Source: Octopus bimaculoides (Eukaryota). Taken from it: a stretch of DNA of 64,000 nt. The position numbers and the translations under genes were made by a program. The notes below the pieces were generated by a model. That model did not search any database and had not been told where the DNA came from. It saw only the letters and a list, made by a program, of their open reading frames with translations. This document shows, piece after piece, positions 12,229 through 24,498 of this stretch. Positions within the stretch are counted from its first letter, which is position 1; each line of letters starts with the position of its first letter. The stretch covers positions 198,810,898 through 198,874,897 of the forward strand of contig NC_068981.1 in the NCBI RefSeq assembly GCF_001194135.2, given 5' to 3'.

Positions 12229-14018
12229 TGTGCAAAGGACAATCAGTGGAAGTCCCGATGGTTTTGTGACATTACCCAAGATGCCTTGCAATAGATTCGA
12301 ACTGAGGATGCGATGGTTGTGAAGCAAATGTCACAAACAAAACAGCCATGCTTGGTCGAGCAAAAGCCACTCTAACCAGGCTAGCGAGGAGGAAAACCTG
12401 AATGAAACCTTTCACAACCAGGGAGAAAGAAACGTTTTATATTTGTTTGTCCCTGTCTGTAGTTTGCTGAAGGTTGACTTTGATCCACCAGGCTTTGGAT
12501 TAAAGGCTAAATCTCCTAATGTCTCCTTCCAATGGTAAAATGAGATTGGAGGGATATCTGGCTGCTATTTCTGCTATTCACTGCTCCAGAGATAAGCCAT
12601 TGCCATCTGATCGTGTTCATACGAGTGCAAACCCAGGCTTGTGGCTTGAGTTTTGGTGTTTGAACAGAATAGGAGGTAGCTGAGAGGAATGGGGTGAGGT
12701 AGGAAGAGAGTGAAGAGGGGGGACACAGTAGAAGAGGAGCCGAGAGAGGTCGAAGGAAAGGGGAAAGATGAAGAAAAAGAAGGGGAGAAAGAGGCGAAGT
12801 AGGAGAGGAGGCAAAAGAAAAAAGATCAAGATTAGAATAGAATGAAAAACACTGCATTGACCCCCCTCCCTCCCCCGCCCCACCANNNNNNNNNNNNNNN
12901 NNNNNNNNNNNNNNNNNNNNNNNNNNNNNNNNNNNNNNNNNNNNNNNNNNNNNNNNNNNNNNNNNNNNNNNNNNNNNNACCACTACCACTCTAAGTTATT
13001 TACTGCTTCAACCCCCAAACCCCGACAATGTGATGGGGAGCAGTTTGTCACAATAATAGTAATTAGTTTATCACTACTGAGCATAGTTGGTAAATTGCAT
13101 CTGAGGTTAATTAGGGGAGAGAGGGAGAGAGGGAGAAAGGGGGGAGAGAGAGAGAGAGGGGGGAGAAAGGGGGAGAGAGAGAGAAGTAAGCCATTTATTA
13201 AAATGTCTGTGTTTTTCATAAATCTTCTGATCAGCTTATTATAAAGAAATCATTTCAAGGAAAATAACAATCATACACATACGTATATGCATACACACAC
13301 ACACACACACACACAGTGACAGCATTTTGTTTGAAGACAAGAGTGCACTGATGAGTAAACAATAATTATCTGTTTTATTTAATTATTTCTGATTCAAACT
13401 ATAAAACTATACGAACTGAAAGTGAACTTTTGTCTTTTAAATTAAGTAAATTTAAACATTTCAAATTAACCTAATGCAATTACTGATAGTATCAATAACT
13501 TCACAAATTGTTTTACCAACAAACTGTATTCCTATGCATTAAAGAAAGAGAAGTGAGAAGAATAAAGCCATGCAGTACCAAGTATTAGTCAGGGACCGAT
13601 TACCTGGTGAGGCACCTGAAATTTCTCATAATGGAATCATATCAATAACTTTAATGGTCAAATTGTCTGGATTTTCGTCTTCATTTCTACCTATCATAAT
13701 AACCGTACCATTTATTCAGTTTCACTGATTCTTTTTGTCAAAAATACACGTCAACTGACTATCATTAGATTTTCATTGGATTTAAATCCAAAGTCCATTG
13801 CAGCCCCAACAGCAGCACTCAGAACTGAATTTACTTGCATTTGATGAATTCTTTTATTCTTGTGATGTGCTTCGGATTGTCGTGGTGAGAAATCCACAAC
13901 TGGCCCAAAATGACTCTTGCAAATAGTCTTCTCCAACGTCTCCATAGGAGCTGTATTGCTAACAATGCATTTCAGCTGATGTTTGGGACTGGCCCTTTTC
14001 CAGACAGGCAACATTTAA

Positions 14019-14241
14019 CCCTTTCCTTACCAACCCAGCTGAAACCAGCTCTGGCTCTGCAGTACAAATGCATTGTTTTCATAAGTTTTGAATTAAAATC
14101 TTCCACCAAACCTTAGACACAATTTATGTTCTTAATGCTAAGCTGAATGATAATTAGGTTATTTTACTAAATTCTTTGTTATATTTAAAATTAATTGAAA
14201 GAAACACAGAGCATCTCAAAATAAATACAGTAATGAAAGGG
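14019..14241. mobile_element. piggyBac-type MITE, family 1
   Basis: TTAA|CCCTTTCCTTAC...GTAATGAAAGGG|TTAA: 11/12-bp TIR with an intact TTAA TSD. A second copy is at 58847. Confidence 0.85.
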
Positions 14242-15039
14242 TTAAACCATATAATTGGCCCCCATTAAGCTTAAATACTGGGTTCATACACTCAGAGTGA
14301 GATTCTCCTCCTGTACAACACTGGATATACACTTGGCTGTCAGAGGTGAATAATTAAATTTACACTCATCCAGCCTTGAGATTTTGAGACTAATTTCATG
14401 GCATGTAATTCTTGTGTTCCTGAAAGAACTGAATGTGGAACACCTTGGTTTGTCTTACAATCCCAAACTGCTTTGGTTGACTTTTGCTGCAGAACCACAA
14501 ATTTAAACTTTGCATTTCTGTTGAGTATCATTCAAAGTGCCAAGAGTGATAGCATTTGTCTTCTGTCCAATGGTGAATGTCCCAGACTCCCTTTTCAGTG
14601 GATTTGCACATCTGTCCTGATTAAGAATGGTCAGAACCATCACAATTTCCCCTGAAAATGTGTACAACATAGCAGTAATTCCTAAACATTGAACCCATTC
14701 CAGCATGGAAAGCGGATGTTAAACAATGATGTTGATGATGATGATGGACCTCACCAACCTGTACTGAGCATTTGTTGTTCCGTGATTGTATAACAACACA
14801 CTGACACACACTGGGAATGAACCTAGAACCAAGTGGTTGGGAAGCAAATTTCTTACCTCACAGCCATGCTTGCACCTATATATTTGTATTAAATACTGTA
14901 CATTGTTTTGCAGACTTGATAACACACACACATACAGAATATAGCAGGACTCCATATTGATGGAAAATCTAGACTCTTGTCTTCAGTTATAATAATATGT
15001 GGATAAAATTTTAGAAATGACTGCTGATAAGGGAAGAGA

Positions 15040-15500
15040 AGACCTGATGATAGGTCAAAAGATAGGGACTGTGAACAAAGTTAGACAGGATGAAGGGGCT
15101 GTGATCAAGGTATTGGTAGGGTCTCTCAATGTTAGAAGTTTTTAGCAGAAGGAAATATGCTGGATGGGTGACAATTTTAAAGGACTTGCAGAGTGAAGTT
15201 GAAAAATTGGGATTTGGTGTGGGGGTTAGTGTAGGGGAGAGTGAGAAGACAAGTGAGACCAGGATGGAGGTGGTGGTGGTTGCAGCTAGATGGGTTACAA
15301 AATGAGAGGTGGTGAGAGACGAGAGTGTATGTTTGAGGATCAGAAGTGATGGTTGCAGAAAGGTCAAGAGAGGTGGTGAGAGGAGAGAGTATGAGGTAGT
15401 AAGTTAATAAGTGAGTTTTTGCCAGTTGGTCAGCTGAATTTCTTTGAAGATGCCCCATGTATGTGGAGTAGGAATAGCTCTGTCTCAAATGTGTGACCAA
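15040..15500 (-). mobile_element. Possible decayed CR1/L2 apurinic-endonuclease region
   Basis: Strand-biased composition and fragments such as IVTHPAY, YLDHSP and TSLDLS resemble the APE C-terminal QxVxxPT...LDL...SDH motifs, but none is intact. Confidence 0.3.
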
Positions 15501-15672
15501 TGCAATAGGTCAGTGATGTCCTTGTGTGTTTAGCAAGACACAAGGACAGAAATAAAATAACCATTTGGAAATAATTTGTTAGGATCTTTTCTGTTCGAAT
15601 TGATTTCATATTCAGTGTAATGATACACTTTTATAGGCTAATTAATGACGTGAAAGTAATTTTTGCTATAAA

Positions 15673-15874
15673 CCAATAAATAAAGAGTTATTTATGATTA
15701 AATTTTGAAAATTTTGGTAATTTTAGCCAATCATAAGCCACAGACACATTCATGTCTGTTTTGATAGTAAGAAGCAGAACATGAGAACTCTCGTCTCTCA
15801 ACGTGCCCGTTGCCATAGTAACAAGTGAATCCGAGTAGTCTTTGAATAGTCTTTTATCTGTAAGGAAGCACGTG
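15673..15874. promoter_or_regulatory. Promoter-like motif cluster: CCAAT x2, RFX X-box, E-box
   Basis: CCAAT at 15673-15677, AGCCAATCA at 15725-15733, GTTGCCATAGTAAC at 15809-15822 and CACGTG at 15869-15874, in a locally CpG-enriched patch. Confidence 0.5.
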
Positions 15875-17917
15875 TTGACAAATTTGATGCTGTTCTGTGT
15901 GATTATGGCAGCAGGCTCCAGTAACTTCGCTTCTATTATGGAAACATTGAAAATAGAGGAGGATATTTTTAAAATTAAAACCGAAAGTTAAATGTTTGTT
16001 TTTTAAGCATATTTAAATTGTAATTAAATATTTTAAAAATTGTTTGTTTGATGTTTGTTTCTTTTTGTCATTGAGCATTGAGGTGGTAGTGAGGTGTGCT
16101 AAAAATAACAGCTAAATAAGATTTTTTTGATAAATCTTTTAAATTAAGCTTATTTGCCAACTCAGAGATTTAAAACTGTTTTTCTTTTTTAAATTAAGAT
16201 AAACATTTATTTACACGAAAAAAGTTCCCCGGTAATTTTCTTTCATCTAATTCTTCTAAATCTTTCTGTTAAAAATTGTAATGTGTTTATCACATTTGCA
16301 TTAAACACTGGTGGTTGTGAGATGTGCTAAAAATAACANNNNNNNNNNNNNNNNNNNNNNNNNNNNNNNNNNNNNNNNNNNNNNNNNNNNNNNNNNNNNN
16401 NNNNNNNNNNNNNNNNNNNNNNNNNNNNNNNNNNNNNNNNNNNNNNNNNNNNNNNNNNNNNNNNNNNNNNNNNNNNNNNNNNNNNNNNNNNNNNNNNNNN
16501 NNNNNNNNNNNNNNNNNNNNNNNNNNNNNNNNNNNNNNNNNNNNNNNNNNNNNNNNNNNNNNNNNNNNNNNNNNNNNNNNNNNNNNNNNNNNNNNNNNNN
16601 NNNNNNNNNNNNNNNNNNNNNNNNNNNNNNNNNNNNNNNNNNNNNNNNNNNNNNNNNNNNNNNNNNNNNNNNNNNNNNNNNNNNNNNNNNNNNNNNNNNN
16701 NNNNNNNNNNNNNNNNNNNNNNNNNNNNNNNNNNNNNNNNNNNNNNNNNNNNNNNNNNNNNNNNNNNNNNNNNNNNNNNNNNNNNNNNNNNNNNNNNNNN
16801 NNNNNNNNNNNNNNNNNNNNNNAAAAGAACCAACTTATCTACGAATATAATCTGTATTTCATGTTTTTAAATAAGATTTGATTTTATAGAGTTGCTGGTT
16901 TCTAAACCATAAAACATGAGAATCAGTTGGGAGAGAAATGAAAAAAAAAATAATATCAAAGACTGATTCATAAACTGTAGAATGTCAACAGAGAGAGGGG
17001 GGGGGTAGAGGGGGAGGAGAGGGAGAACTGGTTGGAAATAATGTATCATGAATATAGGATCAATGGTTCCTTTAAACAACAACAACAGCATATCGAAAAG
17101 ATAGCTGGAAACAAAACGGATTCACTTTCATCAGCAGCAACAAACCATAAACCATGTTGTGTAGAGAAAAACAAAAAAAACAAAACACTAAAACACAACA
17201 AGCAACAACAACAACGGATCTGATGAAACATCAACACACCCACACATATAAACACATAAAATATCTACACATAAATATTTATACACACAAACATAAACAC
17301 ATAAATATAAAACTACATCAACAGCATAGATATATACACAAACATCAACAACAAAGCTGTATAAAAACATATACACACTTGAAAGTAAGAGTTTTTTCTT
17401 TTTATTTAACAAGATTTACTGGGAAAATTCAATATGAAGTTTCTCTGCAGAATTAATAATAAAAATCATTTAAATGTAACAGACTTGGAGATATGCTTTT
17501 AAACAGAGAAGAGGTTTCGTCTTCGTTAAAACTGCATTCATTATAAGAGAACAATGATTAATTCCTTATATATAATTGGCATTTTCTAAAATAATACACT
17601 CCAAACCAAAAGAAAAAAAGAAAACAGAATGGTGGCTGCACAGCATTACAGAGAGTTAGAGAAACTTCATCAGAATTAATCACAAAGTTTACAAGATGCT
17701 CATTAAGCTAATGATAATTTCTCATTAAGCAGGGATGTATTTTTAATTAATTAAAATATTTTGGCTCAGTTCATTATGTAAGCACTTTAGAAAAACTAAA
17801 CAAGTTTGGTTCTAACAGGAGACATTAAAAGTAGAAACTTGGTGTAGGCATGGACCAGCATTAAATTAAATTAGTCATCAATGTATCATATTTAATGTAT
17901 AAACATTATTGTCAGTG

Positions 17918-18130
17918 TGGAGTGCGTGGCTTAGTGGTTAGGGTGTTGGACTTATAATTGTAAGATTGTGATTTCGATTCCTAAATGCATTTCATGATGC
18001 TCCAGCTGGCCCAGTTGGCAAAAATGAGTCCTCCAATGACAAAGTGGCATCCCATCCAGAGGGAAATATGTACAACACAGAAACCAAAAAACTAGCTCTA
18101 TGAGTGTCTATGTCTTAGAAAGGAGCTTTA
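17918..18130 (+). mobile_element. tRNA-headed SINE family B
   Basis: gcgtggcttagtggttagggtgttgg...gtaagattgtgatttcgattcc...caaaaatgagt. Confidence 0.75.
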
Positions 18131-18537
18131 TCCTTTATCCCACCATTGACAAGTAGGATGCTGTGGGTTTTGTCAGAGAGAAAATCTCTGTGGAGACATG
18201 TTCTGTTAAAAATAGCATAGACATTGGAACAAGGCAAAGACTATCGCACCAGGGATTCACAAGAATGTCTCAAAGATGCTTCAACTTCTTAGAGTATTGT
18301 CAATGGCATGCATTCACTAGTCTCATGCAGAGATGAAGTCTGTTTCTTCCAATATACAAGAGCGAATACCAGCGTCAGTGGCATCGTGGAAACTTAAAGA
18401 AAGCCAAAAAAATGCCTGATATTCTCATGGGTCACTGCTGGGATGATGTTTGTATCACCCTGATATGTTTTTAATGTAGCATGTCTATGAAGGGATTTTC
18501 TCCCAGATGAGAACCACAGCATAAAGGCCTGTCAACA

Positions 18538-18585
<48 letters not shown>

Positions 18586-20354
18586 TTTAGAAATGTATTA
18601 TTTCAAAATTTGAAATCAGTGAATGTATTTCACTAGAATTATTATATGTTTACAAGAGCTTGACAGGCATCTCCAACTAGCAGGTCTTCCCCTTGTAAAC
18701 ATAAGGACACAGGAAATGTATCAAGGCCGACAGGAAGCGGTGCTGCTTCCTAGGGCTAAATAGCAGTAGTATTATTCCCTTCATGGGACTGTCACATTAA
18801 GTTGACAGCATAGAACTACTTCATTGTATCACTACTGCATAAATCTCTCTGAGAGATTTAGAAATGTATTATTTCTAGATAATGTTGCTGTTGGTGATGA
18901 TGATCCTGAAGAAATCTGTAGCTCATCAATAATTGATGTTTGCCATTCAAACAGCACCATGAAATAGCTCGATTCTTTAAGCTTGTAGCTTTACCACAGC
19001 TCAGATTCTTCTGCAGGAACTATAATAGTTATTCCACCGCTGTAAACCAAGAACAGAGGTGTTAATGATGAAAATATTTCTAAATATACCTTAACTGTTT
19101 TTCTGATAGTAATATGTGATCTCAAAATTACTAGGTAAGCCTGTTCCACTTTCAAAAGAAAAGAAATATTCTCTCTTCGCCTTCCTCCTCCCTCCCCCCA
19201 TTTCCTGCTAATTTGTGACTCAATACAAAAGTTTGTAATCATGTTAGAAAACACTCACCAAGCCTTTGTCTTGCAAACCCACTTCACTCTTTCATTCATA
19301 CAAAGCTTACTATTAGCATTTCCAGCTCCATTGATTTTGTATTTCTACAGTTTAAAAGGATACAATAACAACAAAAAACAAAATAGGTCACTGTTCTTGC
19401 TCTTGTTGTTGTTCAGCCACAGCCCAGCTTTGACTAAATAAGCCTATAATCCAATATATTCCCTGTCTCGATGTTTTTTCCCCGCCTTCTCTGCAGTGTG
19501 TATAGGAACACATTATCCAATGTATTTAGAGTTAAAAGTAGTGAAGTGTGGTTTGAGGGAGATCTGGCTGCTATTTGTAAAAGACTGAGTGGTCACATGG
19601 TGGCATCTCAGGTTGATCACATGGTGAAACCTGCTGTGTAACATTGGTTGTTCTGACCAGAACAATTAGTCACAAACAGAAGAGAATTTTATCAATAAAT
19701 AAAGAGGGAACCACTATGCGGTGAATTGAACAACAAGAAATAACAGCCAACTCTCCTTCAAATCAGTTCTTAACATTTTCAAAATGGAAGGATACACAAG
19801 AAAATGTAGACTTAGATAAACATCCATGTGCTGGATGAAGGCTATCTCCCGGTTAAACAACAACAACAACCAAGAATAAGGTGACAGACCCTATGCACAC
19901 CTGTTACTGGAATATATTTGGATATTATGGAAAGCAGAAATATTTAGACTTTAATAAATAATTGGTCTCAGCTGGATAGAAAGGGAGCCAAGGTCATCAG
20001 TGATGGTTTAACATCAACAAAAGATGCGGACAGTAAGGAAGAGGTGAGTTCTAGTCTCAGACAAGAATAGTTTGAAAATGGTCAACCTTTGAACCAATTT
20101 GTTAAACTGTCTCCAACAAAACGCCTCTGGGATTGGATAGCCATGGGAGTAAAGGCTACTTTGTTGATGAGCAGCATTGAAAAATTTGATGAAGTTTCTG
20201 ATCAGTTGCAGAGAAAAGATTTAGTGGTAAGGAGAAATTCTTGTAAAATGTCACTATTTTGTTTTTCAAGTAGTTTTCTTCAACAATCAACATTGTCCTT
20301 CACAGAGTTCCATTTTGATGTTCTAAGAGGGTAATGGAGTTGTTTTAGCTTGGA

Positions 20355-20389
<35 letters not shown>

Positions 20390-21214
20390 TCTTCAAAAGA
20401 AACAAAAAATATCTCCCAACAAAATTCAGAACCTTCACCCGAGAGGATTGAAACTGGAATTATAAGAGCATGTGCCACACTGGACTCATTTCTGTTCTTT
20501 TTAAACATATTCCAAAGGAAATGGCAAGTTCTCATGATGAGGTTCCATCAAAACAATGGTGGTCAAAGAAATGGTTCCACTGTCAATGTATCCCAGCAGA
20601 GTTTCTAGTTCAAGTCATAAAAGGAATGTTTACCAAGTTTCAGTTAAATGAATTAGTATTTTTAGAAACAATTGCCAGGAATTCATCATTTTTAGCTGAA
20701 ATGTTCTATCTCAATATTTCAGATACAGCAATAGACATACTGTCTTTTATCAGAAATGGTGGCATTAACCTTCAACCAAAAAAGGACCACAAGGTACCAA
20801 AACCAAAAGTAAAGAACAACTAGATAATAAACAACCAGAAGACGGGTAAGAACTGTGTTGTCACAAGATGAGTGAGAAACACAGATGCTCCCCGACCAGG
20901 GCCTAAGCGACCATAGAGACAACTTTCTACTCTTTTGCTGGCTTCACTTATTGGATTGCAGCCATGATAGAACATTACCTTCAGGGTTTCTACCCACTCA
21001 CTACACTGACTCCAGAATATGATTTAGACAGATAATTATTATAATGATCTCTATTGCTACATTAAATACAAATCAAGGTAATTATCAGGTAGATACAAAT
21101 CAATTAAACACGAAATTAATTATTGTTATCTTGAGAGTTGGTCCTGCATTCAAAACTGGTTTACTGCCACAATAGAAGCTTACAACTATAATAATGATTT
21201 GCTCTTTCTCTCTC

Positions 21215-21268
<54 letters not shown>

Positions 21269-22200
21269 TACATATACACAATCTCACTTGCCCCGATTCA
21301 CACATAGACACACACCATTCTCGCATACACACATGCTTGCATACCTCAGTTCGTTTGGATCACCATTATTATCTCCCTTTCATTTGACCTCTTTTTTTTT
21401 CCCCAGTCATCTCACCATGTTGGACTGCTGAACTCTACAGATTTCTCTCTCCATTTTTCCCTCTTATTCCTTTCTGTCAAAGAGCATAGACTCAAAATGT
21501 GAAAGACTTTTCCATTTCTCCTGAGTGTTAAACTCATACACCTGCTTATTATTCCTACACCTGTCTTTGTCTTTTACACACACACACACACACACATGCA
21601 CAAACACATGTATCAGTATATATATATATATATAAATTATTCAGTGTTTGTTGTGGGGTTGTAAGCTGTTGTATGCTACAAAGCTTAAGTCTGAGACAAA
21701 CCATGCAGCACTTTCATTCACTTCAGAAGACATACATTAACAGTTTATGATGTGAACTTTCTGTGTGTGTGTGTGTGTATGCATAAATACATACAGACAT
21801 ATACATGTGAACACACATGTAACATTAAATAAAGCCTGTCAGTTGCATTTTTAAACATGAAGTAATTCTATTCTGTTTTACAAGTTTCATGGCTGAAGAC
21901 AAGCAAAGATACATTTGTTGTTTCTATGAATTATTCAATAGTTGTTGTTGCAATTATTTTATGGTTTCTTTTTGCCTCCAAAAACTGCAATACTTTTAAT
22001 GTGAGGGTTTATGACAAAACAGGCACCCCCCCCTCTCTCTCTCTCTTTTTGTCCAACCCACCCCAATGAGTTTCCCGTGATATGTTTATTCCATATGCGT
22101 GTGTGTGTGTGTAAGTACATAGTGTTTCAGTTAAATTTGGTTTGCCAAAAACAAAATCCCATCCAAAACTAAAAGTATTTTTAAAAAATCAAAAAATATC

Positions 22201-24205
22201 AAAAGGCCATTAGAAAGAAGAAACAGGCCTGGAAAGGATTGGCAGAATGGTGGTAGCAGAGAACTGTATCAAGTGGTTAGGGTTGGGGCTAGAAGACAGA
22301 TATACTTAGCCAGGGGAGAAGCAGACAGAGGGAAGTTTGCCAATGTTCTGCAGCATGAGGACCAGAGGCTTTAGGTGTTTCAGATTGCTAGACAGTGTGT
22401 CAGAGAGAATTGTGACGTGGTAGGAGAGAAGTGTGTTTGCATGGATGACGGGTCACTTGCAGTTAGTGATTCTGCAAAGAAGGAGGCATGGAAGTGCCAC
22501 TATGAAAGGCTGCTAAATGTAGAGAATGCATGGGAGAAAGAGAGCCTGCCCAATGTGAACCCAACAGAGGGGTCGGCTATTCGAATTGACAGCAGCTAAG
22601 TAGATAAAGCAATTAAGGATATGGAGACAGGGGAAAGCCTCCAGCCCACTAGAAGTCATCACTGAGATGCTTAAAATATCTGGTATAATGCGATATGACC
22701 TTATCACCCATACAGTTAATCAGGTTGTCATTACCCAACGATTGGTGTGGCAGCATCATAGTCAACTGTTACAAAGGAAAAGGTAATGTCTCAGACAGGA
22801 AGAGATACAGTGACACCAAATTGCTGAACCAGGTGATGGAAGTTGCAGAAATGGTCATAGCTCAAGTAATCAGGAAGAGAGTTAGCATAGATAAGATGCA
22901 GTTTGGATTTGTGCCAGGCAAAAGCACGACTGATGCTATCTTCTTGGAGAGGCAACTACAGAAGTACTTGGCCAAGAAATAAACCTCTATTTCTGGATTT
23001 TGTTGACATGGAGAAAGCCTTTGATAGGGTCCCCAATTCCCTTATCTGATGGGTAATGCAGAAGCTAGGGATAGATGAATGGTCAGTGAGAGCTGTACAA
23101 GCCATGTACAGGGATGCTGTCAATAAGGTGACAATGAGCATAGCAAGGAATTTAGTGTACAAGTAGGAGTCCACCAGGGATCAGTTCTTAGCCTCCCCTC
23201 TTGTTTATCATGGTCCTCTAAGCTATAACAGAAGAATTCAAGGCTGGCTGCTCTAGGGAGCTCCTCTATGCTGATGACCTTGTTCTTATTGCTGAATCAC
23301 TACCAGAACTAGAGAAGAAATTTCAGGTGTGGAAGCATGGACAAAAATCAATAATTTAGCATAGACCAAAGCCCCAATAAATAGGAGAGCAGACAAATCA
23401 CTGATCCCTTCAGGGAGATGGCCCTGCTTGATATGTAGAAAAGGTGTCGGGAGAAACTTCATGCAAGTTATGGACAGGTAAGAGGTGCAGCAGTATCACT
23501 GAGTGACTAACAGAGACAGCAGTCTTTACATGTGGCAGATGTGCAGCTACATTAAACATCAGGAATTTTTTAAAAAATAGCCTCCCTCAAATGTCAGGGG
23601 AGATCCTTAGAAGTAGTAGAGAGTTTCTGTTACTTAGGTGACCAAGTTAGCAGAGGTGGAGGTTGTTCTGAAAGCATAACTGCTGGAATAAGAACAGGCT
23701 GGGCAGAGCTCAGAGAGTTACTACCTCTGTTGTTAAAGAAGAGCCTTTCCCTCAGAGTGAAAGGCAGATTGTATGATGCCAGTGTATGAACAGCTATGCT
23801 ACATGGCAATGAGACATGGGCTGTGACTACTGAGGACATGTGAAGGGTTGAAAGAAATGAAGCCAGTGTGCTCTGCTGGATGGGTAATGTCAGTGTGTAT
23901 ATACAAGAGTATATACAAGAGTATATATGTACGTATACATGGCAGTGTGTATACATGGCAGATTTGAGAGAAGAACTCGGTATATGAGACATCAAATGTA
24001 GTGTGCAAGAGAGGAGACTGCACTGGTATGGTCATGTGATGCGTATAAATGAAGACAGCTGCATTAAGAGGTGCTGATCTCTAACTGTGGAGGGAACATG
24101 TGGAAGGAGTAGACCCAGGAAGACATAGAATGAAGTGGTGAGAAAAGATCTATACATATTGGGACTCACAGAGGGGATGACAGGGGACCAAGACTCCTGG
24201 TGGTC
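22201..24205 (+). mobile_element. RTE LINE, ~2-kb 5'-truncated decayed copy
   Basis: Motifs KKEAWKCHYERLLNVEN, MQFGFVPGKSTTDAIF, VDMEKAF, LLYADDL, YLGDQVS, MLHGNETW and GRSRPRKT lie in shifting frames. It ends in a (GT)n run at 24208-24300. Confidence 0.92.
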
Positions 24206-24207
24206 TG

Positions 24208-24304
<97 letters not shown>

Positions 24305-24498
24305 TAAATCTTTGTTGTCATAAGAAATGAGAAGCTTCAGGAGAAAGTGAAGTAATTAATTTTAAATGGTTGAACTTGAAGCAGAAAAAGCTATAAATAA
24401 TAGGATGTAAATATTGGATTAAGAAATGAAGTTTGTCACACTGTCTCTGCAGGTTATCCTGTTGAGAAGTGATTAGCAATTGTTAATAATTATAATAG

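Noticed and set aside
13580-14680. Possible decayed pogo/Tigger transposase on the minus strand (KSQGW; YDSIMRNFR)
   Set aside because: The motifs are too short and scattered to support a call.
18170-20700. Possible decayed hAT transposase on the minus strand (KWNSVKD...RKLLENK; STEIFS)
   Set aside because: Only faint motif echoes among many stops; it needs a profile-HMM search.
21474-21502. ctgtcaa-a-GAGc-atag-aCTC-aaaa-tgt, possibly a decayed hammerhead in another pLTR-like repeat
   Set aside because: Too many core substitutions to support it from this copy alone.
23895-23960. Short 12-13-bp tandem duplications inside the RTE copy
   Set aside because: Ordinary replication slippage in a dead element.
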